Shown here one piece after another: positions 53,556 to 64,000 of a stretch of 64,000 nt of DNA (position 1 is its first letter; each line of letters starts with the position of its first letter). The stretch spans positions 22,754,001-22,818,000 of the forward strand of contig OZ024758.1 in assembly GCA_964016885.1 (NCBI GenBank), written 5' to 3'. The DNA is from Eledone cirrhosa (Eukaryota). The translations under genes were made by a program, and so were the position numbers. The notes beneath the pieces are model-generated. The model made no database searches and was not told the DNA's origin. It saw nothing but the letters and a program-made list of their open reading frames with translations.

Positions 53556-54077
53556 ACCCTTTCGATACTAACCCACCAAAAACTGTCTCTATGGTGGCAT
53601 CTATGGAATGAAGTCCCTCACCTCCACTGCTACCACTACCACCACCAACATCATCATCATCATCACCAACAACAACATCGTCATCATCAAGAACCATTTA
53701 AAATGGGTGGCTTCGTTCTGATATAAAACTAGACTTTACCAATATAATTTTATCCACGAGTCTTTTGTTATGTTAGAAATACCTTCTTAATAATTTAACC
53801 CTTTAGCATTTAAACCGGCTTTTCTGTTCAAACTGGCCACTCATACTGATGTTAATGTATTGTTCTCAAAATAAACAATATCAAAATCTTGCAGATTCGA
53901 TATTATTACCACGAAAATACAGAGTAATGTAAATGTTAAAGGGTTAAACAATTTTAACAAATCCTTCCAAATTCTTCAGTAATTAATTCAAATATAGCGT
54001 ATTTTATTACAATGGCGCTGCTCCAGCATGGCCTCAGCCTCTCAGCTGGAACACGTAATAGAGTAATGGAGAAAGGG
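53556..54077. mobile_element. piggyBac-like MITE (family 3) with a nested family 1 copy
   Basis: TTAA-CCCTTTC ... GAAAGGG-TTAA outer ends. Confidence 0.55.
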
Positions 54078-55323
54078 TTAAGATATATGATGTCAGACAA
54101 TATTACACAAAAATATATATTACACTTCTAGAACCTTTTTTGCAGCTTTTCTATCTATTTTGTGTGAGTTTTTGTGAGATTTCTGGGCTGACTTTATACA
54201 TATGGCATTTGCCTCACAAATTAAAAGTACATAAATTTGGCTCACGATTCTTCTCAGTTTTTCTTGCTTTAAGTAACATGGCTCTCTTCCATCAACAAGT
54301 TTTAGTAAACTAAAGAATGTTGGTATCATTTCCCATTAATTGATGATCAGCCCAAATGTATGAAGGAAATTGTGATAGTTATATTCTTCAGATTCCAGTC
54401 ATCTCTCATTAACGTAATAGATATGGCCATATTTTTTTCTTTAAGCTCATATATCTAGAAACAACTAGAGCCAATAAAGAAGCTTCCATGCAACTGATTG
54501 ACCTGCTCTACATGACAGCCAAATGCCCTTCAAGAAAGTTTACACTGCCTTTAACCCTTTAGCATTTATATTACTCTATATATACTATTATATTTTCACA
54601 GTAAACACTTTATCACAGATAATATCGAATCTATGAGATTTTGATATCATTTATTTTGAGAACAGTATGAGTGGCCAGTTACAGCTGGTTTGAACAGAAT
54701 TCTAGCCGGATACGGTCGGTTTAAATACTAAAGGGTTAAAATGGAGACTAAATATAAATGCTATAAGATCTGCTTACCAAGGCTATTCATCTTCATTATC
54801 AGCAACACATATTTAACTAGCCAAACAACAACAATTAATAAAATAAAATTAACATTAGAGAAACATTCTTTGTTACTATCTTAACCTGGCAGTATATAAA
54901 ATACTTGCTAGTTATAAAGTGAATAGATAAGAATGTTGAGAAACTGGATATTGTATATCATCTACGTCATGTTTAATTCATTATTTGAGGAAGGGCATCC
55001 AGCTGTAGAAAGGTTGGCAAGAGAAGAACCTTTAGTCATGTAAAGGACATGACAGCCTCCCTAGTGTTGGTGATCTACATGATAAATGAACTCAGTACAT
55101 GCTGTAAAGTGGTTGGTGATAGGAAGGACATCCAGCTGTAGAAAGCTTGCCAATGGGTTGTGTTAAAAGACATGACAACCCCTCCTGTGCACTCAGTAGA
55201 ACATAAGCCATAAGTGAGATGCAGACCCCTGGCTTGTCTGGTGGATAAGTAGCCCCATTTCACTACTGACTTGGTCTATGTAGACCCATCCAACACTTGA
55301 TAGCAGGGAAAAAGAGACATTAA

Positions 55324-55621
55324 CCCTTTGAATATGTTGCTTCATTTGGAGTTTCATAAGCCCCTACAGAGGGCATGCACTTTTTAAAAAAAATAAACAT
55401 TATAAAAAATAAAGTGCACGATGAATAAATCACAGAACACAGCAAACTATCATGCAAGCCACCATTAAAAGGCCCAGATGTGCAAGAAGCAATCTGATTG
55501 GCTGGTACAAAGACCGGCTGGCTAATCTCGAGGCTTGTATTATCGGGCTAATAGATTGGCCCCAGTCATCTTTGTCATTCGACTTTTCGGCTGATAGATC
55601 GGCCCTGTCGCCTCCTAAGGG
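55324..55621. mobile_element. piggyBac-like MITE family 2
   Basis: TTAA-CCCTT...AAGGG-TTAA; interrupts a family D tail (AGAGACATTAA / AATGATGATG). Confidence 0.7.
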
Positions 55622-55626
55622 TTAAA

Positions 55627-55658
<32 letters not shown>

Positions 55659-56302
55659 GATTTTAATGAAAACAGACTGTAAATCACAGCTACCCCCAAA
55701 ATAATGAGCAAATGGAAATGTAGAGTCAGATCAAATGAGGATTAGAGGGGGAAGTAAAAATCAGTCAAATTACAGGTTTTAATAAAACAAAACATTATGA
55801 ATAGCTTAGAATCTTTAATTCAAACCTTCTGTAGTTAGATTTTTAAGGATAGCTTGAGGGTAAGAAAAAGATATATGTCAAATACTGACAAAAATAAAGT
55901 ACAATAATCATAAAACAATAGGTGAAATAAGTAAATGCAAACATGCGAATACTGAAAGTCTTAATGTGTCAAGGTTAAACATAAAAGAACAAACTTAAAT
56001 AGTGTATATTCTTATGAGAGAGAAGTTTGCATAGTAGATATGTAACAAAAAAAATATGGTTGATGGCACAGAATCTATTTTGGAGAGAATACAAGATTTA
56101 AAAATATCAAGATGAAAGAAAATATCCTATGAAATACAAAAATAAACAGGTACGAAAATGTAAAGGAAAAAAAATGGGGAAAAAAAAATGAAAGAAATAT
56201 ACTGACAGAAGTAGATTAATGAGCACATAGACATCATGATCTGCTAAAAAAATGTCTAAAATTTGCTATGTATATATATATATATATATATATATGAAAG
56301 TA

Positions 56303-56629
56303 TCATCATCATCATTTTATTCATTTCATTTTACGTCCCCTTTTCCCTGCTTGCAAGGGTCGGACGGGAACTGATACTGGCTTGATTTCTACAGCTGGAT
56401 GCCCTTCCTAACACCAACCTCATTTACAGTGAGTGCTGGGTGCTTTTTTTCCGTGGCACCTCCACGACCACTTTGCAGTGGAATGATAGGGACCCCAGTC
56501 CCTATCATCTCATTTTTACAGCTGAGTAAACTGGAGCAATGTGAAATAAAGTGTCTTTCTCAAGGAAACAACACATCACCCGGTCCGAGAGTTGAACTCA
56601 TAACCTTTCGATTGAAGACCATATGCCTC
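56303..56629 (-). mobile_element. SINE family A with a head deletion
   Basis: Lacks the A box segment; lies within (AT)n. Confidence 0.88.
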
Positions 56630-56638
56630 CAAAGTATG

Positions 56639-56694
<56 letters not shown>

Positions 56695-57514
56695 TATTTA
56701 TATATATATATATATATATATATGAAAGTATTTATATATGAATGTATGTATGTATATATATATATATATGAAAGTATTTATATATGAATGTAATACAGGT
56801 AACCGGGTAAGTGGGCAATCATGTTGCAGGTAGCATTTAGCAGCTTAGAGGAAGAGCAGCAGACACTATCAACAAATATGGAGATACAGGCTTGAATGGC
56901 GAGACTGAATTTAGAACACAACACACACAAAAAAACCGCTAGAAGAAGAAATACAGAGAAGAATTATACTTTCTCAAGGTAATTAACTTCCACTCGGAAA
57001 TTATGTCAACCCCATTGCATAACTGGTATATGTTTTATATAAAATAAAAGCAATATACTGTTTAAAACCAGGAATATGGAGAAAAGATATCTATTGCACC
57101 CAATATAATAAATATAGCTAAGCTTGTTTGCTCTAGTTTATGTAACTTAAATATAGCTATACAAACTGAAACTTATCCTTGTGGCAGTTACATTTACATT
57201 GGCAGTATCGGTAGAGGGTCGGACGCCATGCTCTGATGCATAGAGTTACGGCCCTTGCCATTCTGAGTTAAAACCCCGCCGAGGTTAACTTTGCCTTTCA
57301 TCCTTACGGGGTTGATAAAATAAAGTACCAGTAATGCACTGGGTGGGTATTTGTTGGCCTTGTGCCAAAAGTAGAAACAATTATTATTTATGAAAAGTAT
57401 AGGATCCGGATATGTTGTCAATTCTGGTAAATATATTATTATAAATATGGCTTTAGTATATATCTTTTTTTACTGTCTCTATCGAATTGTATCATTTGAC
57501 TATTGAAATACAAA

Positions 57515-58026
57515 CAGTGCCGGATTTAGGACAAATGAGGCCCTGTGCTAGTTAAGTTATGAGGCCCTGTGCTTAGTTAAGTTATGAGGCCCTGTACTAG
57601 TTAAGTTATGAGGCCCTGTACTAGTTAAGTTATGAGGCCCTGTGCTAGTTAAGTTATGAGGCCCTGTGCTAGTTAAGTTATGAGGCCTTGTGCTAGTTAA
57701 GTTATGAGGCCCTGTGCTAGTTAAGTTATGAGGCCCTGTGCTAGTTAAGTTATGAGGCCCTGTGCTAGTTAAGTTATGAGGCCCTGTGCTAGTTAAGTTA
57801 TGAGGCCCTGTGCTAGTTAAGTTATGAGGCCTTGTACTAGTTAAGTTATGAGGCCCTGTGCTAGTTAAGTTATGAGGCCCTGTGCTAGTTAAGTTATGAG
57901 GCCCTGTGCTAGTTAAGTTATGAGGCCCTGTGCTAGTTAAGTTATGAGGCCCTGTGCTAGTTATGTTATGAGGCCCTGTGCTAGTTAAGTTATGAGGCCC
58001 TGTGCTAGTTAAGTTATGAGGCCCCT
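57515..58026. repeat. 24-bp minisatellite (about 20 copies) next to a hAT-like terminus
   Basis: Unit GAGGCCCTGTGCTAGTTAAGTTAT; preceded by CAGTGCCGGATTTAGG. Confidence 0.9.
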
Positions 58027-58945
58027 TACTTGGACATGGAAGAAGGTAAGCCTGGTAAAACATTTGAAAAATTCACTGTCAAAAGATTTTTTGGCAAGAA
58101 GATGAACTTTTGGTCTGTTTAAGATTCTACAAGTTATTAAATAGTAAAGTTACCTTTTTTAGTGACACAATATAATATGAACTGTTGGTCTGTTGTCTAA
58201 AACCTACATGATTCTACAAGTTATTATATAGTAAAGTTACTGTAGGACAGTTAATATATTTCTACCTTTCTTAGTGCCACAATATAATATCAGCTGTTGG
58301 TCTGTTGTCTAAAACCTTCATGATTCTACAAGTTATTATATACTGAACTTACTGTTGAAGTGTCAATATAGTTTCTACAGTAACCCCCCTACATAATATC
58401 TTCAGTCGCAAAGGTTCTAAACAAGTCAACAGTTCATATATTATCAGCTGTATTGTCTCTCTAACAAAGGCACTTGACACATGCAGGATCAATTCAACCT
58501 GCTTTAAATATAAAAGAAGCTAAAACATAACTTATGGTTGTAAATAATTGATTTTTTTTTTCTTTTTAGCAAGACCGAAGGACACTGAGTACCTTAGTGC
58601 TGTAATGAAAGAGTACAGGTGTCATGACAGAAGCACCTAGTTCACCCTTTAGACTTGTAGTGCTGGTACCATGATGAAATACAACCGGTCCACCTTGTAA
58701 GGTGGTAGTGCTAGAATCATCATAAAATGCTCCCAGTACACACTGTAAGTTGGTTGGCATTAGGAAGGGCATCCAGCCATAAAAACCATGCTTCCAGTAC
58801 ACAATGTAAAGTGGTTGGCATTAGGAAGGGCATCCAGCCATAGAAATTAAGCCAAAATGTATGAGCATGACTTAGTCACCTGACCAGATTCTATATTGTG
58901 AGATAAAGCCTTTACTACGAAAATACAATAGTATATATAGAGTAA

Positions 58946-59286
58946 TCATCATCATCATCATCATTTTACGTCCACTTTTCCCTGCTTGCAAGGGAGGGAC
59001 GGGAACTGATTCTGGCTTGATTTCTACAGCTGGATGCCCTTCCTAACACCAACCTCATTTACAGTGAGTGCTGGGTGCTTTTTTGCCGTGGCACCTCCAC
59101 GACCACTTTGCAGTGGAATGATATGGACCCCAGTCCCTATCATCTCATTTCTACAGCTGAGTAAACTGGAGCAATGTGAAATAAAGTGTCTTGCTCAAGG
59201 AAACAACACATCACCCGGTCTGAGAATTGAACTCACAACCTTTCGATTGCAAGGCCAATGCTCTAACCACTAAGCTATGTGCCTCC
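58946..59286 (-). mobile_element. SINE family A inserted in a MITE family 1 fragment
   Basis: Flanks rejoin as TAGAGTAAT/GTAAATG. Confidence 0.9.
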
Positions 59287-59602
59287 ATGTAAATGGCAAA
59301 TTGGTGGGAGTTATTAGATTGTTGGGTAGAAGTCCAACCCATGCTAGCATGGAAGATGGACATTAAATGATGATGATGATGATGATGAATGTCTTGCAGT
59401 TTTCCTTCTGACTCTCAGCACTCTAAGTTTATATCAGACTGAGGTCCAGTCTGCATCATTTTTTGGAGTTGAGAAATAAAGTACCAGTCTAGTACTAGAA
59501 TTAACTTCACCTCTTCTTTCTCTCTCTCTTTCTTGCTTTTCTCTCTCTCACTTCCTCCTCCACCTCTCTACTAATTCAAAGTCACATATTCTAGCTGCTT
59601 AC

Positions 59603-59731
59603 ATGATAATTTCACAAGTAGGAATTCAATTATCAAACATCTAAATGCTAATTGCTGAATCTGATGGAGAATTCACTATCACATAAAAGCTTGCAGTACT
59701 GGGTTTTATATTTCCCCATGGGCTACTAATA
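59603..59731 (-). pseudogene. Candidate decayed 129-nt symmetric exon
   Basis: TTTTCACAG acceptor and GTAAGC donor; LVAHGEI*NPVLQAFM***ILHQIQQLAFRCLIIEFLLVKLS. Confidence 0.4.
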
Positions 59732-60026
59732 CTGTGAAAATTGTACTTAGAGGGAGCCATACCGATGATTAACTTTGGTAATTAAGGAACGACTGATTAA
59801 AGCAAAGTTATTGCCCTAAAGTTTAACATGAAAATTCAGGAACATTTACCAATAACATCTAAATTTGGGAGCCTCCATATGATTACTAGACCTGCTAGAA
59901 TTGATAGCCAAGTTTTCACCAAATCACATTCTACCATTTAGCATTTACATTACTCTATATTTACTATTGTATATTCATGGATGTCAACTGAAGGTCTTCG
60001 TTACACACATGCACAGGTTCACCAAC

Positions 60027-60185
60027 CTATTCTTATTATGGCAATATCATTGTTAATTCTAATCAATGTAAATGCCATTTTGTTAATAGGCTTTTTTTTA
60101 GAAACAAATTTTCTCCAATACACATTTTTTGGTTTGCAGTGCTGAGACAAAACTTTCAGTGGTGCCACAATAACTGATGGGTCAT
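60027..60185 (-). pseudogene. Candidate decayed exon
   Basis: T-rich tract upstream and AG/GTTGGT donor; needs one frameshift in an A run to join its neighbours. Confidence 0.35.
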
Positions 60186-60541
60186 CTCGTGATAAATGTA
60201 AAAAAAAAAACAAGCAGGAATATATTACATGATATAATAGCATTCAATAAGCCTCATTCGCTTACTGAGTGGATTGAAGATCATCAAATCAGACCAAGGA
60301 AACAATGTTTCTATTGGTCTTTCCATCGCTGATACTCAAGGACATAACGCATTGCCCAGCCTGGGAATTGAACTCGCAACCTCACAATTGCAAATCCGAC
60401 TCTCTAACCAGAGCCACGTACCTTCACATGATATAAAAATTCATTAATATAAAGTAAACCCAGAAGAATTACTTGATTAGTGAAGAATTTTTTTGAAATG
60501 TAATAAAAGTATGAATTATATCAACAAAACGTGGTACTTAC

Positions 60542-60612
60542 CCTTCCCTGAGAACATGGCATTCAAAGTATTCAACAGCTGCCTTAATACCATTAAATAT
60601 GTGTTTCATCAG
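60542..60612 (-). CDS. Candidate 71-nt internal exon, product unknown
   Basis: TTCTATTTATCAG acceptor and GG/GTAAGT donor; only one open frame: LMKHIFNGIKAAVEYFECHVLRE. Confidence 0.5.
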
Positions 60613-60737
60613 CTGATAAATAGAATTTAATAAAAACCTTTAAGAAAACCATCAAAAAGCAAGGATTAGACATTCCACACCAACCCATTTGTGACTATCT
60701 TTCGTCCCATGACATCTACTGAAACTACTCATATGAA

Positions 60738-61295
60738 CCCTTTAGCATTTACATTACTCTATATCATCATTTCATTTTACGTCCACTTTTCCCTGCTTGC
60801 AAGGGTGAGACGGGAACTGATTCTGGCTTGATTTCTACAGCTGGATGCCCTTCCTAACACCAACCTCATTTACAGTGAGTGCTGGGTGCTTTTTTACCGT
60901 GGGACCTCCACAACCACTTTTGCAGTGGAATGATAGGGACCCCAGTCCCTATCATCTCATTTCTACAGCTGAGTAAATGGGAGCAATGTGAAATAAAGTG
61001 TCTTGCTCAAGGAAACAACACATCACCCGGTCTGAGAATTGAACTCACAACCTTTCGATTGCAAGGCCAATGTTCTAACCACTAAGCCATGTGCCTCCAT
61101 TACTCTATATATACTATTGTATTTTCATGGTAAAGACTTCACCTCACATAATATCGAATCTATGAGATTTTGATATTATTTATTTTGAGAACAATACCTT
61201 AATATCAGTATGAGCAGCAAATAAGTTACAACCGGTTTCAACAGAAAGAGGTGAGAAAATTCTGGCCAGATACGGCCAGTTTAAATGCTAAAGGG
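60738..61295. mobile_element. MITE family 1 with nested SINE A (60765-61098, minus)
   Basis: 12-bp TSD ATTACTCTATAT at 60753-60764 and 61099-61110. Confidence 0.92.
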
Positions 61296-61432
61296 TTACA
61301 GTTTCTTGTATAAACCTTTCGAAATGTATCCCAAACAACAGGAGAGGGGAAATGCAGCAAGAAGCAGAGCGTTAGGATTTTGAGTGATACTCAGACTGGA
61401 GTCCTGGTTTCAGAGATAGAATTCAAGATCTC

Positions 61433-61997
61433 GTGGTTGTGAAGCAAAGCTGTTAACCACACAACCACACTCACACCCATATACATTTATAACCGTGGTT
61501 GTGAAGCAAAGTTCTTAACCACACAACCACACTCACACACATATACATTTATAACCGTGGTTGTGAAGCAAAGTTCTTAACCACACAACCACACTCACAC
61601 CCATATACATTTATAACCATGGTTGTGAAGCAAAGCTCTTAACCACACAACCACACTCACACCCATATACATTTATAACCATGGTTGTGAAGCAAAGCTC
61701 TTAACCACACAACCACACTCACACCCATATACATTTATAACCGTGGTTGTGAAGCAAAGCTCTTAACCACACAACCACACTCACACCCATATACATTTAT
61801 AACCGTGGTTGTGAAGCAAAGTTCTTAACCACACAACCACACTCACACCCATATACATTTATAACCATGGTTGTGAAGCAAAGCTCTTAACCAAACAACC
61901 ACACTCACACACATATACATTTATAACCATGGTTGTGAAGCAAAGCTCTTAACCACACAACCATACTCACTCACGCACACACATATATTTATAACCC
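61433..61997. repeat. 62-bp minisatellite (about 9 copies) containing a SINE-head-like segment
   Basis: Minus strand GTGGTTGTGTGGTTAAGAGCTTTGCTTCACAACCAC resembles a tRNA-derived head. Confidence 0.88.
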
Positions 61998-62163
61998 ATG
62001 ACAACATGGAAAAACTGATGAATTTAAAACCTTTGAAGGCAACGGAAAGAAATGTGGGGTGTGTGTGGTGTGTGGAATGGAGGGAGGGGTTGTTTGAAGG
62101 GTGGGTGTGATGGAGGGAGGGAGGGATTGTATGAAGGGTGTGAGGAGGGTGGTGGTGGAGAGG

Positions 62164-62232
<69 letters not shown>

Positions 62233-62871
62233 CGTGCATGTGTGTGTGCGTGTGTGTGTGTGTGTGTATGAATTTAAACCTTTTGCAGGCAATGGAAAAA
62301 GGAATAATTAAATGTCACACAATGGAGACAAAAGAAATAAATAATTGAATAATTTAAAATATTTATTCAAGCAGACAATATAGACATCGGTCATTTGGCA
62401 GACTAGTAACATTCCTGGGTACAACCATTGTGGAACTACCGGTAATCATACTGGTGATATTTTTGAATCTGTCTTTTTGCTTTCATCATCATCATCAACA
62501 TCACCATTTAACATCAATTTTTCCATGCTAGCATGGGTTGGACGAGTTGTCCTGTTGTGAGCAATGCCAGGTCAGGTGAACATGTCTTGCTCAGACAGAA
62601 CTGATTTTACTTGATTTCTACAGCTGGATACCTTTCCTAGCGCCAACCTCATTTATAGTGAGTACCGGGTGCTTTTTGTCGTGACACCTACACAACCATT
62701 TTACAGTGCAGACTGGGTGCTTTTTGTCGTGACACCTACACAACCACTTTACAGCACGGGCTGGGTGTTTTTTGTTGTGTCACTTACGTAAAATGATGAT
62801 GATAAATAGTTATATATTGAAATATATAACTATTTTTCCTAATGCCAACCACTTTATAGCATGTACTGTGT

Positions 62872-63213
62872 GCATTTTATCATGGCACCAGCATTACTAC
62901 ATTACAGGGAGGGCTGAGTGCATTTTATCATCGCACCAGCATTACTACATTACAGGGAGGGCTGAGTGCATTTTATCATGGCACCAGCATTACTACATTA
63001 CAGGGAGGGCTGAGTGCATTTTATCATCGCACCAGCATTACTACATTACAGGGAGGGCTGAGTGCATTTTATCATCGCACCAGCATTACTACATTACAGG
63101 GAGGGCTGAGTGCATTTTATCATCGCACCAGCATTACTACATTACAGGGAGGGCTGAGTGCATTTTATCATGGCACCAGCACTAACACTTTACAGAGTAG
63201 GCTGGGTGCATTT
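62872..63213. repeat. 48-bp array (about 7 copies) from an older variant of the family D unit
   Basis: Preceded by TTCCTAATGCCAACCACTTTA; unit GCACCAGCATTACTACATTACAGGGAGGGCTGAGTGCATTTTATCATC. Confidence 0.85.
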
Positions 63214-63777
63214 TATTGGTAATTGAAATTAATAAAGATGAAATTAGAGTTGACAATGGTGAATTTGAGATTTATGATGATAAATTTTATGCTAATGACA
63301 AATTCTTTGGGGAAAACCCTGTAATTCAGAATTCTGATAAAAATACCTGGCTCACTCTGTAAAGTGGTTGTGCTTTTTATTGTGACACCTACATGACCCC
63401 TTTACAGTTATCATCTAATACCCATCTTCGCTGCTGGCAAAGGATGGATGGCTCTTCACGGATCGAGTTAATACTCAAGTGGACTTACTGACCTTATAGA
63501 TGGGTCAGGGACCTGCATCTAATACACTCTTGCCTACCAAGTGCATTTAAACATAGCACCAGCACTATAAATGTAGTCATGTATTTTACACAGCTGAAAA
63601 GTCCTCCTGGCAGGTTCTATATGGCAGGATGCCCTTCTTATCACCAACCACTTTACAGAGAGATATGGAATTTTACACATCTCTATACTCACTCTACATC
63701 TCCCCATGCATTGAGTACTCACATGATTAGTGGTCTCCTCGGTCTCAATACTGCACTATATCTCTCTCTCTCTCACT

Positions 63778-63818
<41 letters not shown>

Positions 63819-63845
63819 TATATACATATATATATACATATATAT

Positions 63846-64000
63846 GGAGGCACATGGCTTAGTGGTTAGAGCATTGGCCTTGCAATCGAAAGGTTGTGAG
63901 TTCAATTCTCAGACCGAGTGATGTGTTGTTTCCTTGAGCAAGACACTTTATTTCACATTGCTCCAGTTTACTCAGCTGTAGAAATGAGATGATAGGGACT
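63846..64000 (+). mobile_element. SINE family A 5' half, cut by the window edge
   Basis: GGAGGCACATGGCTTAGTGG head through CORE to the hairpin arm. Confidence 0.92.

Noticed and set aside
59034-59273. Recurrent 79-aa ORF (MPFLTPTSF...) as a gene family
   Set aside because: Antisense translation of SINE A; frameshifted in other copies.

Overview
AT-rich, repeat-saturated animal genomic DNA. The SINE repertoire and the extreme microsatellite load suggest an octopod cephalopod (inference, not a database result). No intact, recognisable protein-coding gene is present. The long ORFs in the track are by-products of tandem repeats whose periods are multiples of 3. The window holds at least three tRNA-derived SINE families, RTE and CR1 LINE 3' fragments, an internally deleted DD37D (maT) transposon, mariner/Tc2/Tigger/piggyBac-like MITEs, a non-autonomous Helitron and about ten minisatellites. 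The most notable signals are: (1) several distinct type I hammerhead ribozyme motifs of Penelope-like style, including an intact minimal one at 41116-41153 and a head-to-head pair in an inverted repeat at 49839-50033; (2) a young chimeric CORE-SINE whose two putative RTE donors are both in the window; (3) minisatellites that grew out of internal segments of transposons; (4) repeated insertions into the same target sites; (5) a chain of decayed minus-strand exon candidates at 45.6-63.6 kb. None of these is demonstrably a new biological system from sequence alone.
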